This document shows, piece by piece, positions 63,220 to 64,000 of a stretch of DNA of 64,000 nt. Under the pieces are notes generated by a model, which saw only the letters and a list, made by a program, of their open reading frames with translations, was not told the origin of the DNA and ran no database searches. Positions within the stretch are counted from its first letter, which is position 1; every line of letters starts with the position of its first letter. Source of the stretch: a virus; IMG/VR virus record IMGVR_UViG_3300050120_000053, positions 1,291-65,290 of that record. One strand, 5' to 3'. Both the position numbers and the translations under genes were made by a program.

Positions 63220-64000
63220 ATAACGCTTCCGTCATGCTCGTCCTCAATATCCGCAAACTCCGGCCGCAGCCCCTGCTTACTCGCAAATGCTCGTGCTGCG
63301 GCTTCGTCTTGGAAGGTGCGGAGTTCGCCCTGCCACCAGGTTCTGACGTGGCCATCAGGCGTGTGCGTGAATAGGATTTGGGTCATGTCGACTCCTTTAG
63401 TCCGCGCCACTCTGTGACACGGATTTTGCAGTTATCCCAATTTGAATCGCGCAAGCGATAGGCCAAATCAGGCGTGCTCCAGTAGGAATTGATCCAGCGC
63501 TCTCCGTCGAACCAGCGGTACCACTCCGTGTGCTCTGCCTTTTGGATTTCATATGCACCGACGATGGAGGGCTTGATTGATGCCGGAATCCACTGAGTCT
63601 TGTTCACACGCCCTCCTTCGGATGCGCCTGATCCCACGCGTAGTCAGTCATATGCAGCGATGCAGTACCCATTCTCGTTCTATCACTCGAAATCAAAGCT
63701 GCTGCGAAATCTAGAACCATCAGCTCGACATCGCGCAGTCTGCGCACCTCGGTGATGAGGTCTAGCATTCCTTCCGGATCTATCGCATGTACCGCGAACA
63801 TCATTCGATCACCGGGAAGGCCGCTCTTAGCTATCTCTGCCAATTTTTCAAACTTTTCGAGATCGATCATTTCGTCTCCGCATCATGGATGCAAGCGAAC
63901 TTGGCCGATTGAACGGTCGAGGAAGCGAGGCTTTCGGCGGCTTGCCCCGCTGCCTGACACGAAGTCTGCTGGTAGAAGCGCGCCGTGGTAATCGACACAT
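63125..64000 (+). repeat. 876-bp exact direct repeat, copy 2 (contains copies of the ORFs at 810-1464)
   Basis: Identical to 719-1594. Confidence 0.97.

Noticed and set aside
1-64000. CRISPR array, tRNA, rRNA, IS transposase, intein or group I/II intron
   Set aside because: No regularly spaced repeat-spacer array, cloverleaf, transposase or RT motif was seen; terminase, helicase and capsid have normal lengths.

Overview
The whole window is temperate lambdoid myophage DNA of a betaproteobacterial host (Burkholderiaceae-like protein families, high GC); no host genes are recognisable. On the minus strand, 1-8.0 kb carries the cro operon: cro, cII-like, O-like initiator, P-like loader, rusA, ninB and other nin-type ORFs. 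The plus strand carries cI with two downstream genes (8.1-9.5 kb) and the pL-type operon (9.7-25.6 kb): an acyl carrier protein, a structured RNA, a secreted two-gene module, KTSC, a recombination pair, helicase, two methyltransferases, Lar, xis and int. After the expected att region is a LexA-boxed plus-strand operon (25.9-27.3 kb). The late operon runs on the minus strand from a Q-like gene and pR' promoter (62.2-62.7 kb) through terS/terL, portal, head, contractile tail, baseplate and fibres, past an Arc/Mnt-antirepressor island, to an atypical lysis cassette ending in a patatin phospholipase (27.3-30.9 kb). Bases 719-1594 recur exactly at 63125-64000 (offset 62,406). The sequence left of each copy is homologous but different, with a different Q-position gene, so this is either two related prophages in tandem or a chimeric/variant circular assembly. 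Top leads: (1) a secreted low-complexity fibre-like pair behind a ~190-nt RNA closed by a 20-bp helix; (2) an ACP as first pL gene; (3) a lysis cassette with two lipoproteins and a patatin instead of Rz/Rz1; (4) a tail-fibre-like gene pair with signal peptides; (5) a ~60-aa insertion domain present five times in three virion proteins. Family assignments come from motif recognition and memory, not database searches. Several start codons were trimmed from the ORF track using RBS and overlap logic.
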